Virus record (IMG/VR): IMGVR_UViG_3300030101_001550
Source: an uncultured virus (IMG/VR IMGVR_UViG_3300030101_001550)
Taxonomy: Duplodnaviria > Heunggongvirae > Uroviricota > Caudoviricetes
Reading direction: 5' to 3' (one strand)
DNA: 64,000 bases
Below are positions 40,107 to 51,029 of this stretch, one piece after another; position 1 is the first letter of the stretch; each line of letters begins with the position of its first letter. Under the pieces are notes generated by a model. The model searched no databases. It had not been told where the DNA came from and saw only the letters and a list, made by a program, of their open reading frames with translations. The position numbers were made by a program, and so were the translations under genes.

Positions 40107-41673
40107 TATAGAAGTAACTACTGGAAATTTACTACCTAACGCAGGTGACGGAGTAGATTGGAATTCATCATCTACTGATATGATTAATGATGGCGGTAGC
40201 GGATTCGTTACTAATGGTCAATCGTTTAATGGATTTACTATAACTTGCCCTACAGGACAAGCTAATTGTGGATATAAATACGATGTTGGCGGAGACTTCG
40301 AAGTAACAGGAACAGCTACAGTTAGTGCAGATGATATAAAATTATACAGTAATTCTATTACTCAATCAATGTTAGATACAGGAATTACATTAAATAGTAA
40401 CGTAGATGTAGCTAACTGTGAAAGTGTAGAAGGTAATTGTGAAAGTAAAACTGGAAGTAACGATACACATACAACTATTATGGTTTTAAAAGATTCTGAT
40501 GGAAATATTTTAAGTTCAGTATCACAGACTAGAAATGAAATAACTGGATTTAAAGGTAATTGTAATGGATATCCAGGATCAAATGCTTCTGGAGTAACTG
40601 CAGCATGTGGTCAGTACACTGATACTCTTATACATAATGATGTAGGTGCTAACAATATAGATTGGTCTTGGTCAGGAACAGATAGTCATGGATCATCAAC
40701 TTCAAGAGGAGGACCTAATTTACTCGGCACTTCTTTGTACATGACATACAATACTGACGAATATAACCCAATAGATGATGACGCACAAGATGCGATAGAT
40801 GAAATAGAAAATAACATACCAGACTTACCAGATTTTGAAGAAGAATTTACTTTTGAGGAAATTGATTTTAATGACGATTTTTATTTTCCAGAAGAATTTG
40901 ATATGCCAGAAGAATTTGAAATAATAGAAATGCCTGATGATATGGAAGAAGCATTTTCAATTGTAGCAGAGGAAATGCCTGGCGAGTTTGAAGAAATGGA
41001 AATGGAAGAAGAATTTGTAGAAATGGAAGAACAACCTGAAATGGAAACTATGGAAGAACAACCTGAAATGGAAACTATGGAAGAACAACCAGAAGAAATG
41101 GAAATATCAGAGAACAAAGAAATGAAAGAGCCTGAGCCAACAGAAGAAGAAATGACTGAACCTGAAGAGGAGGTTACAAATGATGAACCTACTGAAGAAG
41201 ATAATTCTACTATGGAAAACGAGTCAGAGGAGAAAGAAAGCGTTTCAGAGGCTGCTGAGAATGAATCAGAAGAAGATGGTCCAAGCGAAAAGAAGGCCGA
41301 AGATACCGCAGTTAACGATACAAACGAAACTAAGATAGCTGACAAGAAAGTAAACAAATCTGTAAACATAGATGAAATAAAAGTAGATGAAGTAAAAGTC
41401 GATGTGAAAGAAGTAACATTGTTCTCAGAACAAGATTCTTTAGATAGCTATTCTACAATGGCATTTTATGGAGAAGAAAATTTAGATTACGAAGTAAACA
41501 ACGACTTTTTTATTCAAACTAATCTTATTGGATATACTAAACAAATATACGAAAATGTGTCACTTACAGTGTATATTGAAAATGATCCAGTAGAAATACA
41601 ACGAAAAAAACTAGAAGAATTGTCTATACAGAAAGCAGGAATTATGTTAGAACTTAAATTATTAAAGCAATGA
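40048..41673 (+). CDS. Secreted protein with long acidic low-complexity region
   Basis: Signal peptide, Cys-containing beta domain, Glu/Met repeats. Confidence 0.65.
   Translation: MKLKILSLLLTLLLSTYTNSIEVTTGNLLPNAGDGVDWNSSSTDMINDGGSGFVTNGQSFNGFTITCPTGQANCGYKYDVGGDFEVTGTATVSADDIKLYSNSITQSMLDTGITLNSNVDVANCESVEGNCESKTGSNDTHTTIMVLKDSDGNILSSVSQTRNEITGFKGNCNGYPGSNASGVTAACGQYTDTLIHNDVGANNIDWSWSGTDSHGSSTSRGGPNLLGTSLYMTYNTDEYNPIDDDAQDAIDEIENNIPDLPDFEEEFTFEEIDFNDDFYFPEEFDMPEEFEIIEMPDDMEEAFSIVAEEMPGEFEEMEMEEEFVEMEEQPEMETMEEQPEMETMEEQPEEMEISENKEMKEPEPTEEEMTEPEEEVTNDEPTEEDNSTMENESEEKESVSEAAENESEEDGPSEKKAEDTAVNDTNETKIADKKVNKSVNIDEIKVDEVKVDVKEVTLFSEQDSLDSYSTMAFYGEENLDYEVNNDFFIQTNLIGYTKQIYENVSLTVYIENDPVEIQRKKLEELSIQKAGIMLELKLLKQ
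41023..41090 (+). repeat. In-frame 27-bp tandem repeat (MEEQPEMET, about 2.5 copies)
   Basis: ATGGAAGAACAACCTGAAATGGAAACT at 41023 and 41050, partial copy at 41077. Confidence 0.85.
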
Positions 41674-42188
41674 GTATTGTAAACAAACTAACAAACTGGG
41701 CTTCTCTTGCTGGAGTAGTCGGAGCTTTAGGTGGAGGATTCTACGCATGGGGAGAATTTAACACTAGATTAAGTGCAATAGAAAATCAAGAATTTGTAAT
41801 AAACGAAACTGTAGATTTAACAGACATAGAAGTAAAATTAAAAGAATTAGAAACTACAATAATAGGTTTAGATAATGATGTCTTAGATAATTTAAGAAAT
41901 GACATTGCAGGTAACAGCAATGATATAAAAGCTATGACAAGCGACATTATCAAAGACATAAAAGTAATACAATCTGCTTTAGCAGACGCAGCATCTAATG
42001 ATGATTTAGATAAGTTAGATAAAAAATTACGCACACCTATAAAAGAGTTAGAAGAATATGCTTGGGAATTAGAAGAGGACATAGAAGAAAATTCTAAAGG
42101 TATAGCAATTATTAAAAAAGAAAATGAATTACAAGACGTTTTGATTGAAGAAATAAAAGAATCAGCGTCTAATCCGTTAAACGGTTAA
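41670..42188 (+). CDS. Membrane-anchored coiled-coil protein
   Basis: GVVGALGGGFYAWGEF segment followed by heptads; C-terminal NPL. Confidence 0.65.
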   Translation: MSIVNKLTNWASLAGVVGALGGGFYAWGEFNTRLSAIENQEFVINETVDLTDIEVKLKELETTIIGLDNDVLDNLRNDIAGNSNDIKAMTSDIIKDIKVIQSALADAASNDDLDKLDKKLRTPIKELEEYAWELEEDIEENSKGIAIIKKENELQDVLIEEIKESASNPLNG

Positions 42189-43654
42189 ATCCATTCTTTC
42201 CAATTATCGCCGGTAATGCTGTTAGCTAAAGATAATTTATTTTTTAAACTTGTAAATATTTTTTCGTCAATAGTTTTAGGAGTTACAAAGTCTATATATG
42301 TTACATTATTTTTTTGACCAATTCTATGTGGTCTATCTTCTGATTGTAATCTTGCTTCTAAATCGTATGTATTAGCATAATAGATTACAGTATTTGCTGC
42401 AGTTAAAGTAATACCGTAACCACCCATACGAGGATTAGCTACGATATATTTATAATAACCGCTTTGAAACTTCTTAATTATGTTTTGTCTATCTTCAGCT
42501 TTAGTATCACCAAAGTAAGTAGCTACAGGTATTTTAAAATGTTCTTTTAATTTTTCTTGTATTTCTCTTATAGACCTTTTATAATTAGCCCATATAATAA
42601 CTTGTCCATCTGTTTCTTCTAACACTTGAATTAATTCATTAAGTCTAGAATTAGTTCCAGGTATAGATTCTTCAGTGCCATCATCATGTTTTAAAAATCC
42701 ACATAATACTTGGTGAAGTCTTAACAAACGAGTAATAACTAAAGGAGCTGTTACTGATTTTTCGTTTTCTAATTCTACATAAGCTTTTTTTCGTAATGTT
42801 TCGTATATTTTCTTTTGCTCTGGAGATAATTCTATTTCTCTTTTTTGATACAATTTATCTGGTAAATCTAAGCATTCATCTTTCTTAACTCTAAACATAT
42901 GGTCTTTTATATAAGCTTGTAACTCATCTAAGTTTTGATAGTCAACTACTTCGTGAAATGTTTTCATGTTTATCGTTCTTCGTCTTAACACGCAATATCT
43001 ATTTCTAAATCCGTAATAACTACAATTTAAAATGTATTGAGATAAAAAAGTCATCTGAGTATAAATATCAATCGGGCTTTGCGTTATAGGTGTACCTGTT
43101 AGTATTCTTCTATACTTAGATGTTTGCGTTAATTTTAAAATGTTTTTAGTTCTTCTAGCAGTTCTATGCTTTATGGTACTTGATTCATCAACAACTACCA
43201 TAGTTTTATGCACATTTAAAAATCTTTGAATATAATGAAACCCTTTATTTGTACTAAAAGCTTCTACATTTATGACAAATATTTTTAATTCATGCGTTTG
43301 TTTAGTAAGAAAATTTTTTAATCTTTCTACATTAGATTTAGTTTCTAGTGGCTTCCAAAGTTCTATGTACGAGTAATCATAAACATCTTCTGGCATATGC
43401 GTAGGTATTTCTTGCAGTTGCCAGTTACGATACACGCCTTTAGGGGCTACGATTACTGCAGCATTAATTTCGCCTTTTCTATATAAATAAGCTATATTAT
43501 CTACGATTACTTTAGATTTTCCAGTGCCTTGTTCCATAAACAAAGCATAATACTCTTTATCTCTACTAATGTTAAACGCCTCTAATTGATGGTCGAAAGG
43601 CTTAGTTTTAAATTTAAAATCTTTTTTCTGTACTTTGTCTAACTTTAATTTCAT
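42185..43654 (-). CDS. SNF2-family (SF2) helicase
   Basis: EQGTGKS, VVVDESS, ILTGTP, QSEDRPHRIGQ. Confidence 0.9.
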   Translation of the reverse strand: MKLKLDKVQKKDFKFKTKPFDHQLEAFNISRDKEYYALFMEQGTGKSKVIVDNIAYLYRKGEINAAVIVAPKGVYRNWQLQEIPTHMPEDVYDYSYIELWKPLETKSNVERLKNFLTKQTHELKIFVINVEAFSTNKGFHYIQRFLNVHKTMVVVDESSTIKHRTARRTKNILKLTQTSKYRRILTGTPITQSPIDIYTQMTFLSQYILNCSYYGFRNRYCVLRRRTINMKTFHEVVDYQNLDELQAYIKDHMFRVKKDECLDLPDKLYQKREIELSPEQKKIYETLRKKAYVELENEKSVTAPLVITRLLRLHQVLCGFLKHDDGTEESIPGTNSRLNELIQVLEETDGQVIIWANYKRSIREIQEKLKEHFKIPVATYFGDTKAEDRQNIIKKFQSGYYKYIVANPRMGGYGITLTAANTVIYYANTYDLEARLQSEDRPHRIGQKNNVTYIDFVTPKTIDEKIFTSLKNKLSLANSITGDNWKEWI

Positions 43655-43739
43655 TTTCTACTTTCTTGTATAAATTATTTTATTTACTATATATTAAAAT
43701 AATATAAAAATATATTTTTTTATAGAAAGGTAAGAAATT

Positions 43740-44072
43740 ATGAAAGGTAAAGTATATGTAGTTCAAGAGAATCCTAAGTTCAGCGTAATATCTGCTGGCA
43801 ACTATGGAGAACTTGTACCACTTCTTCCTTTCGGCTCACAAGTTGTATTGAGCGTTGCACCTACACTAAGTCTATGTAGAAAAAAATTGTCTAGTTTTTC
43901 AGATAACGATTATATTATGGCGATTGGCGACCCTACAGCAATAGCTATTGCTTGTATGGTGGCGGGAGAGAATAATAGAGGTGTAGTTAAAATGCTTAAA
44001 TGGGATAAACGAGAGAAGATGTATTATCCCGTAACTATAAACTTGACAGGTAGAAAGGTAGAAGAATCATGA
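43740..44072 (+). CDS. Hypothetical replication-module protein
   Basis: SD AGAAAGG; GDPTAIA and LKWD motifs. Confidence 0.7.
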   Translation: MKGKVYVVQENPKFSVISAGNYGELVPLLPFGSQVVLSVAPTLSLCRKKLSSFSDNDYIMAIGDPTAIAIACMVAGENNRGVVKMLKWDKREKMYYPVTINLTGRKVEES

Positions 44073-44650
44073 GTAATGTAGATATATTTAAGTCGTTAGA
44101 ATCTGATGCTAAAGAGCAGAAAGAAATACCTAGTGACGAAAAATTTAAACAACTAAATACTCTTGCTAAAAAATTTGTAGACACAAAGAACGATATTAGT
44201 GTGGCTGAAGAAGAAATTAGCAAATTAAAAGATAACTTAAAACAGATTAGAGAGAATGATTTACCAGAAATGATGTCATCTCTACATATGGATCAATTTA
44301 AGTTAACAGATGGAACAGTTATTATGGTGAAAGATGACGTGTTCGCATCAATTAAAAAAGATAAACAAGTCGAGGCGTTACAATGGCTAGACGATAATGG
44401 ATTAGGCGATATTATAAAACATAAAATATCTATCTCTTTCAATCGTGGAGAACATGAAGATGCTGAGAAGTTTAAGAAACAGTTCGGTGAATCGTTTAAA
44501 CAAGAGATGGACGAGAAGTCGACAGTACATCCTCAGACTCTAAAAGCGACAGTTAAAGAAATGGTACAGAGTGGCCAGAATTTACCTGAAGAATTTTTTA
44601 GTGTTTACGAGGCTAAAGTTGCAAACGTGAAATTATCGAAAGGAGAATAA
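44069..44650 (+). CDS. Conserved phage replication-module protein
   Basis: LPEMM, WL..NGLGDIIK, VHPQTLKA motifs. Confidence 0.7.
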   Translation: MSNVDIFKSLESDAKEQKEIPSDEKFKQLNTLAKKFVDTKNDISVAEEEISKLKDNLKQIRENDLPEMMSSLHMDQFKLTDGTVIMVKDDVFASIKKDKQVEALQWLDDNGLGDIIKHKISISFNRGEHEDAEKFKKQFGESFKQEMDEKSTVHPQTLKATVKEMVQSGQNLPEEFFSVYEAKVANVKLSKGE

Positions 44651-44651
44651 T

Positions 44652-45407
44652 ATGTCAGATACACAAGTTGCAAAGAAGAAGAATGGCGCATTAAGTATTC
44701 CTAGTGAGGACTTATTAGCCGATGTCGGTAAGGGTTTAGAAAAAGCTAACTCTGACGATATGACGATACCTAGATTGGCTTTAGTACAATCAGGTAGTCC
44801 ACAACGAAAAAAGAAAGACGATAAATATATTGATGGAGCAGAAGAGGGTATGGTCTTTAATACTGTATCTAACAAGCTTTATTCTGATACATTTTACGTT
44901 GTACCCTGCGAATTTGAAAAAGTTTTTATCGAATGGGTACCTAGAGAAAGCGGTGGTGGTTTAGTTACAATATACAACTCAAGTAATAAACCGCAGGCGA
45001 AAAAAGAAGAAAATGGAAGAAGATTTTTATTAGAAAATGGAAATCAGTTAGTCGATACTGCACAGCACTATGTTATGGTAGTAAGTAAAGATGGTTCTTT
45101 TGAGCCAGCAGTTATGTCTATGTCATCTTCTTTATTAACAGTTTCTCGTAATTGGGTAACTCGTATGAAGTTACAGAGAGAAAATGTAAATGGTAAATTA
45201 GTTGAGCCACCTACTTTTTATTACAAGTGGCCAATATCAACTATTGAGAAAACTAATTCAGATGGATCATGGTTTATTTATAAAGTAGGTAACCCAGAGC
45301 CCGTTGATAATCTTGATTTATACAACGCAGCTAAAAGTTTATCTGAATCAGTAAGAAAAGGAACTGCTACTGCAGATACATCTACGGATTCTGACGTACA
45401 GTTCTAA
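44652..45407 (+). CDS. Probable ssDNA-binding protein
   Basis: IPRLALVQ..SPQ, EWVPRE.GGG motifs; acidic tail ending DSDVQF. Confidence 0.6.
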   Translation: MSDTQVAKKKNGALSIPSEDLLADVGKGLEKANSDDMTIPRLALVQSGSPQRKKKDDKYIDGAEEGMVFNTVSNKLYSDTFYVVPCEFEKVFIEWVPRESGGGLVTIYNSSNKPQAKKEENGRRFLLENGNQLVDTAQHYVMVVSKDGSFEPAVMSMSSSLLTVSRNWVTRMKLQRENVNGKLVEPPTFYYKWPISTIEKTNSDGSWFIYKVGNPEPVDNLDLYNAAKSLSESVRKGTATADTSTDSDVQF

Positions 45408-46906
45408 TGTCAGCACAAGACTTCTTTGAATTATTCAAAGGTCTTGAGCGTGCTCATGGCCGTTATGACCTAGCTCCCGAAAGCGATAACGGCCAAAAGC
45501 AAGGTGGCAGTGCACGAACTGTTCAAGAATCTTTAACTGTACACGAGTGGGAATTACACTTGAAAGGCGAGAGAGGTCTCGGCGTAATACCTATTCGTGA
45601 TGACAGTAAAGTTTATTGGGGAGCAATAGATATAGATATTTATGACATAGATTTAGAAAAATTTAGCGAGAATCTAGGATCATCATCAATATTTCCATGT
45701 AGGACTAAGAGTGGAGGTTTACACCTCTATATATTTTTTAGCGAGCCAGTGTTAGCTAAATTGGTTGTACCTAAATTAAGAGAGATAGCAACAGCTTTAG
45801 GACATTCGTCTGCTGAGATATTTCCTAAACAAATAAAAATAATATCAGAAAGAGGAGATGTTGGAAACTGGATAAATATGCCATACTTTGGTGGAGAGTT
45901 TTCGACACGTTATTGTATTTATAATGGCAAAAGATTAACGACAAAAGAGTTTATAAGATTAGCAAATGAAAGTAAAGTAGATAACATTAGTAAAATATCT
46001 TTACCAAATTTTAAAAAAGAAGATACAGAAATACTACCAGATGGTCCGCCATGTTTACAGTATTTATTAAAAACAGGATTTCCACAAGGAACTAGAAACA
46101 ACGCCTTATATAATTTAGGAGTGTATGCGAAGAAGGCATTTCCTAATGAATGGGAAGAGAAATTAGAAGATTATAACCTTGAGCACATGCAACCGCCGTT
46201 GAAGTCCAAGGAAGTAATAACTGTAATTTCTTCTTTAGATAAGAAATCGTATAACTACATGTGTAGTGAACCTCCTATTCAACCATTCTGTAATAGGGCG
46301 TTGTGTGTATCTTGTAAGTTTGGTATATCGGAAAATGGAACAATGCCTAGAATAACTGGCATATCAAAAATACAAACAGACCCTCCTACATATTTCTTAA
46401 CTGTAGATGATTTAAGAATAGGTCCATTAGAATCAATAGATATACTTAATCAGAAAAACTTTCAACGTGTGGTATTTGAGCATATAGATAAAGCTATTCC
46501 TTTAGTATCGCCTCATCTATGGATAGAGATGATGAACGATTTAATGTCTAAAGTAGAACTAGTCGAAGCAACTACAGATTCATCTAATAAAGGTAGGCTA
46601 TGGGAATTATGCGAAAGATTTTCTACAGGAGTTTCATCTTCTGATTCAATAGAAGATTTATTAAGAGGTAAAGCTGTAACGATAGACGGATCTACTATGT
46701 TTAGAATAAATGATTTTATAGAGTTTCTTGAGAAGCATAGGTTTAGAGAGTTTAAATTACACGAAGTAACTGCACATTTAAAAGAAAAGAATGCGAAACA
46801 CCAGACTAAAAAAATAAAGGGAAAGCATGTAAACATATGGGTAATACCAGAGTTTGAAAAACAAAAAGAAGAATTTACTGAACCTAACGTAGAGGAGATA
46901 TTATGA
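45407..46906 (+). CDS. AEP-type primase with PriCT-like domain
   Basis: WGAIDID, RTKSGGLHLY, EIFPKQ, GNWINMPY, PPCL, GTRNNALYN motifs. Confidence 0.8.
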   Translation: MSAQDFFELFKGLERAHGRYDLAPESDNGQKQGGSARTVQESLTVHEWELHLKGERGLGVIPIRDDSKVYWGAIDIDIYDIDLEKFSENLGSSSIFPCRTKSGGLHLYIFFSEPVLAKLVVPKLREIATALGHSSAEIFPKQIKIISERGDVGNWINMPYFGGEFSTRYCIYNGKRLTTKEFIRLANESKVDNISKISLPNFKKEDTEILPDGPPCLQYLLKTGFPQGTRNNALYNLGVYAKKAFPNEWEEKLEDYNLEHMQPPLKSKEVITVISSLDKKSYNYMCSEPPIQPFCNRALCVSCKFGISENGTMPRITGISKIQTDPPTYFLTVDDLRIGPLESIDILNQKNFQRVVFEHIDKAIPLVSPHLWIEMMNDLMSKVELVEATTDSSNKGRLWELCERFSTGVSSSDSIEDLLRGKAVTIDGSTMFRINDFIEFLEKHRFREFKLHEVTAHLKEKNAKHQTKKIKGKHVNIWVIPEFEKQKEEFTEPNVEEIL

Positions 46907-47133
46907 CAGAAAAGAAAGACGTTGTAGTAAAAGTTAAAGGATTAGCTTTTAACTTAACCAATAAACCGGAGAAAAAAGATGTCAAAGACACCGAGCCACT
47001 TAAAGACAGGGATAACAGTAAAGACAGTCCCGCAAAGAAAGACGAAACACATGGGAAAACATAACCCTATCTATACTAAACATAGAAAAGGTAAACGTCA
47101 GTTTAAAAGAAAAAATGATCATTGGAGTCAATT

Positions 47134-47919
47134 ATGAAATATTTATTTTTTGATGTAGAAACAACTGGATTATGGAGGCGAGATTTAGAAGCTACAGATA
47201 AAAATCAACCTCGTATAGTTCAAATAGCAGCGCAATTAACAGATGAAAAAGAAAAAGTGCATGGACAATTAGCGTGTATAGTTCAGCCAGATGGTTGGAA
47301 AATACCTAAAGAGGCGTCAGATATTCATAAAATAACTGAAGAAATAGCTTTGCAACATGGACTTCCTTTGATAAATGTGTTAAGTATGTTTAATTCTATG
47401 GCAGCACAAGCTGATGTATTAGTTGCTCATAACACTTCTTTTGACTTACAGATGGTGTTAAGAGAATTTAATCACATAGGTAAAAATTTTAGAGCGCCTA
47501 AAACACAACATTGTACGATGATGACTGCGAAAGATATTCTAAAATTAGAAAGTGATTTTGACGATTACAAATTTCCTAAATTAGAAGAAACATATAAACA
47601 TTTTTTAGGTGGCGGTTATATGAATTGGCACGATGCACTAACTGATATTATAGTTTGTCGTATAATTTATTTCCACATGAAAGCGAAAGGAATAGAAATG
47701 GTAAAACCTAGAGATATGCCTAAAGCATTAATAAAAAACCTTGACGAAAAAGTGTTTAAAGAAGTAAAAAATCTTTTAGAATTATCAGATACGAAGGACT
47801 TAACAGATTGGGAAAGTAAATTTGTAAATGATCAGAAAGAAAGATTAGAGAAATATGGAGAAAAAATACTTATGAGTGATAAACAATTAAATGTATTGAG
47901 AAAGATAGCAGACAAATGA
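47134..47919 (+). CDS. DEDDh 3'-5' exonuclease (DnaQ-like)
   Basis: FFDVETTG, VAHNTSFD, HDALTD motifs; ATG start at 47134. Confidence 0.85.
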   Translation: MKYLFFDVETTGLWRRDLEATDKNQPRIVQIAAQLTDEKEKVHGQLACIVQPDGWKIPKEASDIHKITEEIALQHGLPLINVLSMFNSMAAQADVLVAHNTSFDLQMVLREFNHIGKNFRAPKTQHCTMMTAKDILKLESDFDDYKFPKLEETYKHFLGGGYMNWHDALTDIIVCRIIYFHMKAKGIEMVKPRDMPKALIKNLDEKVFKEVKNLLELSDTKDLTDWESKFVNDQKERLEKYGEKILMSDKQLNVLRKIADK

Positions 47920-48878
47920 AGATAGTAGTAACAGGTGGCGCAGGATTTTTAGGCTCACATTTAGTACAACATCTTGTACAAAAAGATCATGAGGTATATT
48001 CTATTGATAATTTTTTAACAGGTCAAGAAGAACACACTATATTTTGTGATAATTTTACTAAAGCAGATATTTCTGATACTTACGATATGAAACAAGTATT
48101 TGAACAAATAAGTGCTAGTGGTCCAATAGATGTAATTTATAATTTAGCTTGTCCTGCAAGTCCTGATCATTATCAAAAACATTCTCTTAAAACATTAGAT
48201 ACGTGTTACATGGGAGTTAAAAATATTTTAGAAGCAGCGAAGCAATCTAACGCTATGGTTATACATACTTCAACTTCAGAAGTATATGGTAACCCTGATC
48301 ATACTCCACAAGAAGAAACTTATTATGGAAATGTAAATTCTTTTGGACCACGTGCTTGTTATGACGAAGGCAAGAGAGTTGCTGAAGCACTTATATTTGA
48401 ATATACTAGACTGTTTAAAACAGATGTTAAGATAGCTAGAATATTTAATACATACGGTCCTCGTATGTCTATACAAGATGGTAGAGTAATATCTAATTTT
48501 ATATGTAACGCATTACAGAATAAAGACCTTTTACTTTATGGAGATGGAAATCAATCTCGTTCTTTTTGTTATGTAAGCGATACGATACATGGTTTATTGC
48601 AAATGATGAATACGACTAGATTAAAATTACCAATAAACATAGGTAATCCATCAGAGTATACAGTAAAAGAAATAGCAGAATTAGTAATTAGTATGACTGG
48701 TTCCACATCAGGAATCATGTCAGTATCACCAAAGAAAGATGATCCTTTACAAAGATGTCCAGATATAAATAGAGCAAAAGAACTTTTACATTGGACTCCA
48801 AGAGTAGGACTTGTAGATGGATTAAAGAAAACAGTAGAATATTTTGAAGAATGTTTACAGCAAGAGATACAAACTTAA
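47916..48878 (+). CDS. UDP-glucuronate decarboxylase (UDP-xylose synthase)-like extended SDR
   Basis: TGGAGFLGSH, LACPASP, STSEVYG, GPRACYDEGKRVAE, RIFNTYGPRM, DGRVISNF, DDPLQRCPDI are UXS-family signatures. Confidence 0.85.
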   Translation: MKIVVTGGAGFLGSHLVQHLVQKDHEVYSIDNFLTGQEEHTIFCDNFTKADISDTYDMKQVFEQISASGPIDVIYNLACPASPDHYQKHSLKTLDTCYMGVKNILEAAKQSNAMVIHTSTSEVYGNPDHTPQEETYYGNVNSFGPRACYDEGKRVAEALIFEYTRLFKTDVKIARIFNTYGPRMSIQDGRVISNFICNALQNKDLLLYGDGNQSRSFCYVSDTIHGLLQMMNTTRLKLPINIGNPSEYTVKEIAELVISMTGSTSGIMSVSPKKDDPLQRCPDINRAKELLHWTPRVGLVDGLKKTVEYFEECLQQEIQT

Positions 48879-50365
48879 TACTCGGTCCACCTGGAACTGG
48901 CAAGACAACTTCGTTACTTAACAAGTTAGAGAAAGAGATTGCTTCAGGAATACAGCCAATAAACATTGGTTTTGTTAGTTTTACAAAAAGAGCAATAAGA
49001 GAAGCACGAGAAAGAACTGTACAAAAATTCAACATTACAAACGAAAATGATTTAGATTATTTTAGAACGTTGCATAGTTTGTGTTTTAGAACATTAGCTT
49101 TGAATGGAGAGCAAGTTTTTAAAGGTACACACATTACCGAATTTAAAAAGTTATTAAAGATAGAAATGAGCGGTGGAGTTGACGAAGAAGAAATTGTACA
49201 TTCAGGAACTAAATTAGGCGATCAAATGTTATTCTGCGATCAGTTAGCTAGAGCTACGTTACAACCCTTAAAAGAAATGTGGCGACACTTAGAGTTTGAA
49301 TATTCTTGGAAAGAACAAGAGTTGTTTTCTAATACACTTATTAAATTTAAACAGAAAAGAGGTCTGTTAGATTTTACTGATATGTTACAAGAGTTTCTAG
49401 AAAGAGGCGACCCTCCTAAATTAAAAGTTTTATTTGTAGATGAAGCGCAAGACTTGACAATATTACAATGGAAAGTTGTACAAAAACTTTCGCAAGATAT
49501 TGATAAACTTTACATAGCAGGAGATGATGATCAAACTATTTATAAATGGGCTGGTGCTGATATAAAAACATTTCTTAAATTAAAAGGTAATGTAGAAGTA
49601 TTGCCGTATAGTTATAGACTGCCTAAAAAAGTATATGATCTTGCGATAAAGATAAGCTCACGAATAAAAAACAGATTTGATAAAGAGTGGAAAAGCAAGA
49701 AAGAAGAAGGCACGGTAAATTATGTATCGTCAATAGAATATATAGACATGAAAAAAGGGTCATGGCTCATCCTTACTCGATACAATTATCAACTTTCTCC
49801 TATACAAAAGTTTCTTAAAAATCAAGGGTTTGTATTCGAAAACAGATACGGCGGCTTCAAAGCTAATAAACATGTGCAAGGTATTCGTGCTTGGAAAAAA
49901 TTACATCAAGGAGAAAAACTTGTATATTCTGAAATCAAGAAATTATATTCTTGCTTGAGAACAGGAACAGGTATAGAAAGAGGATTTAAGAATTTAAAAA
50001 CTATTGACGAAAACGAACAGTATGAATTAGAAACTTTAGTCATGCATCATGGGTTGATAGCGCAAGGTCCGTGGCAACAAGCATTAGAAATGATACCAGA
50101 AGAAGATAAATTTTATTACGAAGCACTAGAAAAAACAGGAGATATTGATGAAGATAATCCTAGAATTAGAATAAGCACTATACATGGCAGCAAAGGTGCT
50201 GAAGCAGATAATGTTATTTTATTTACAGATGTTTCTTACAAGACTTGGAAAAACTTAGTTCAAGAGGACGATGATGAGCATCGTGTTTTTTATGTTGGAA
50301 TTACAAGAGTTAAAAACAATTTATTTATTGTAAATCCACAAACAGAATACAGTTATAGGATATAG
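48851..50365 (+). CDS. UvrD/Rep-like SF1 helicase
   Basis: GPPGTGKT, VDEAQD, GDDDQTIY, STIHGSKGAEAD, YVGITR. Confidence 0.9.
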   Translation: MFTARDTNLILGPPGTGKTTSLLNKLEKEIASGIQPINIGFVSFTKRAIREARERTVQKFNITNENDLDYFRTLHSLCFRTLALNGEQVFKGTHITEFKKLLKIEMSGGVDEEEIVHSGTKLGDQMLFCDQLARATLQPLKEMWRHLEFEYSWKEQELFSNTLIKFKQKRGLLDFTDMLQEFLERGDPPKLKVLFVDEAQDLTILQWKVVQKLSQDIDKLYIAGDDDQTIYKWAGADIKTFLKLKGNVEVLPYSYRLPKKVYDLAIKISSRIKNRFDKEWKSKKEEGTVNYVSSIEYIDMKKGSWLILTRYNYQLSPIQKFLKNQGFVFENRYGGFKANKHVQGIRAWKKLHQGEKLVYSEIKKLYSCLRTGTGIERGFKNLKTIDENEQYELETLVMHHGLIAQGPWQQALEMIPEEDKFYYEALEKTGDIDEDNPRIRISTIHGSKGAEADNVILFTDVSYKTWKNLVQEDDDEHRVFYVGITRVKNNLFIVNPQTEYSYRI

Positions 50366-50366
50366 T

Positions 50367-51029
50367 ATGATAAATGAATACATGAAATATTTTTTACAAA
50401 AAATAGATAATGACATCTATGACGAACCTAAATCTCAATTACATTACAGTGTTATATTACCTATGACAGGAAAAGTTTTAGCTGAGTACAATTTACAAAC
50501 AACCGATAAGATATTAGACATGGGTTGCGGTGATGGATATTTTTTAAAATTATTAAAAGAAAAAGGATTTACTAATTTAGTTGGAGTAACAAAAGCAGAT
50601 AAAGATATAGAACGTTGCAAAGAAAAAGGTTTAGATGACATAAGAAAAATAGACATGACTTTTTCTGGTATAAAAGAAGAATTTGATTTTTTATGGTGTA
50701 GACATGCATTAGAGCATAGCCCTTTTCCTTATTTAACTTTACATGAATTTAATAGATTAGTTAAGATGGACGGCGGAGCATATGTAGAAGTTCCCGCTGC
50801 TGTTAATGTAGCTAATCATGAAGATAACAGGAATCATTATTCTTTACTTACAAAAACTAATTGGATAGCATTGATGTTGCGTTCTGGTTTTGATGTAAGC
50901 AGTGTAGAAGAAATAAAGTTAGATATAAAAAATCCAAACTACAAAGATGGAGAAGCTTATCCAGAAACATGGTGGGGATTTTATCTAAGAAAAACAGTAG
51001 AGCTTAATTTTATGAAAGGAGTATTATGA
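50367..51029 (+). CDS. Class I SAM-dependent methyltransferase
   Basis: ILDMGCGDG, FDFLWCRHALEH, GGAYVEVP. Confidence 0.85.
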   Translation: MINEYMKYFLQKIDNDIYDEPKSQLHYSVILPMTGKVLAEYNLQTTDKILDMGCGDGYFLKLLKEKGFTNLVGVTKADKDIERCKEKGLDDIRKIDMTFSGIKEEFDFLWCRHALEHSPFPYLTLHEFNRLVKMDGGAYVEVPAAVNVANHEDNRNHYSLLTKTNWIALMLRSGFDVSSVEEIKLDIKNPNYKDGEAYPETWWGFYLRKTVELNFMKGVL

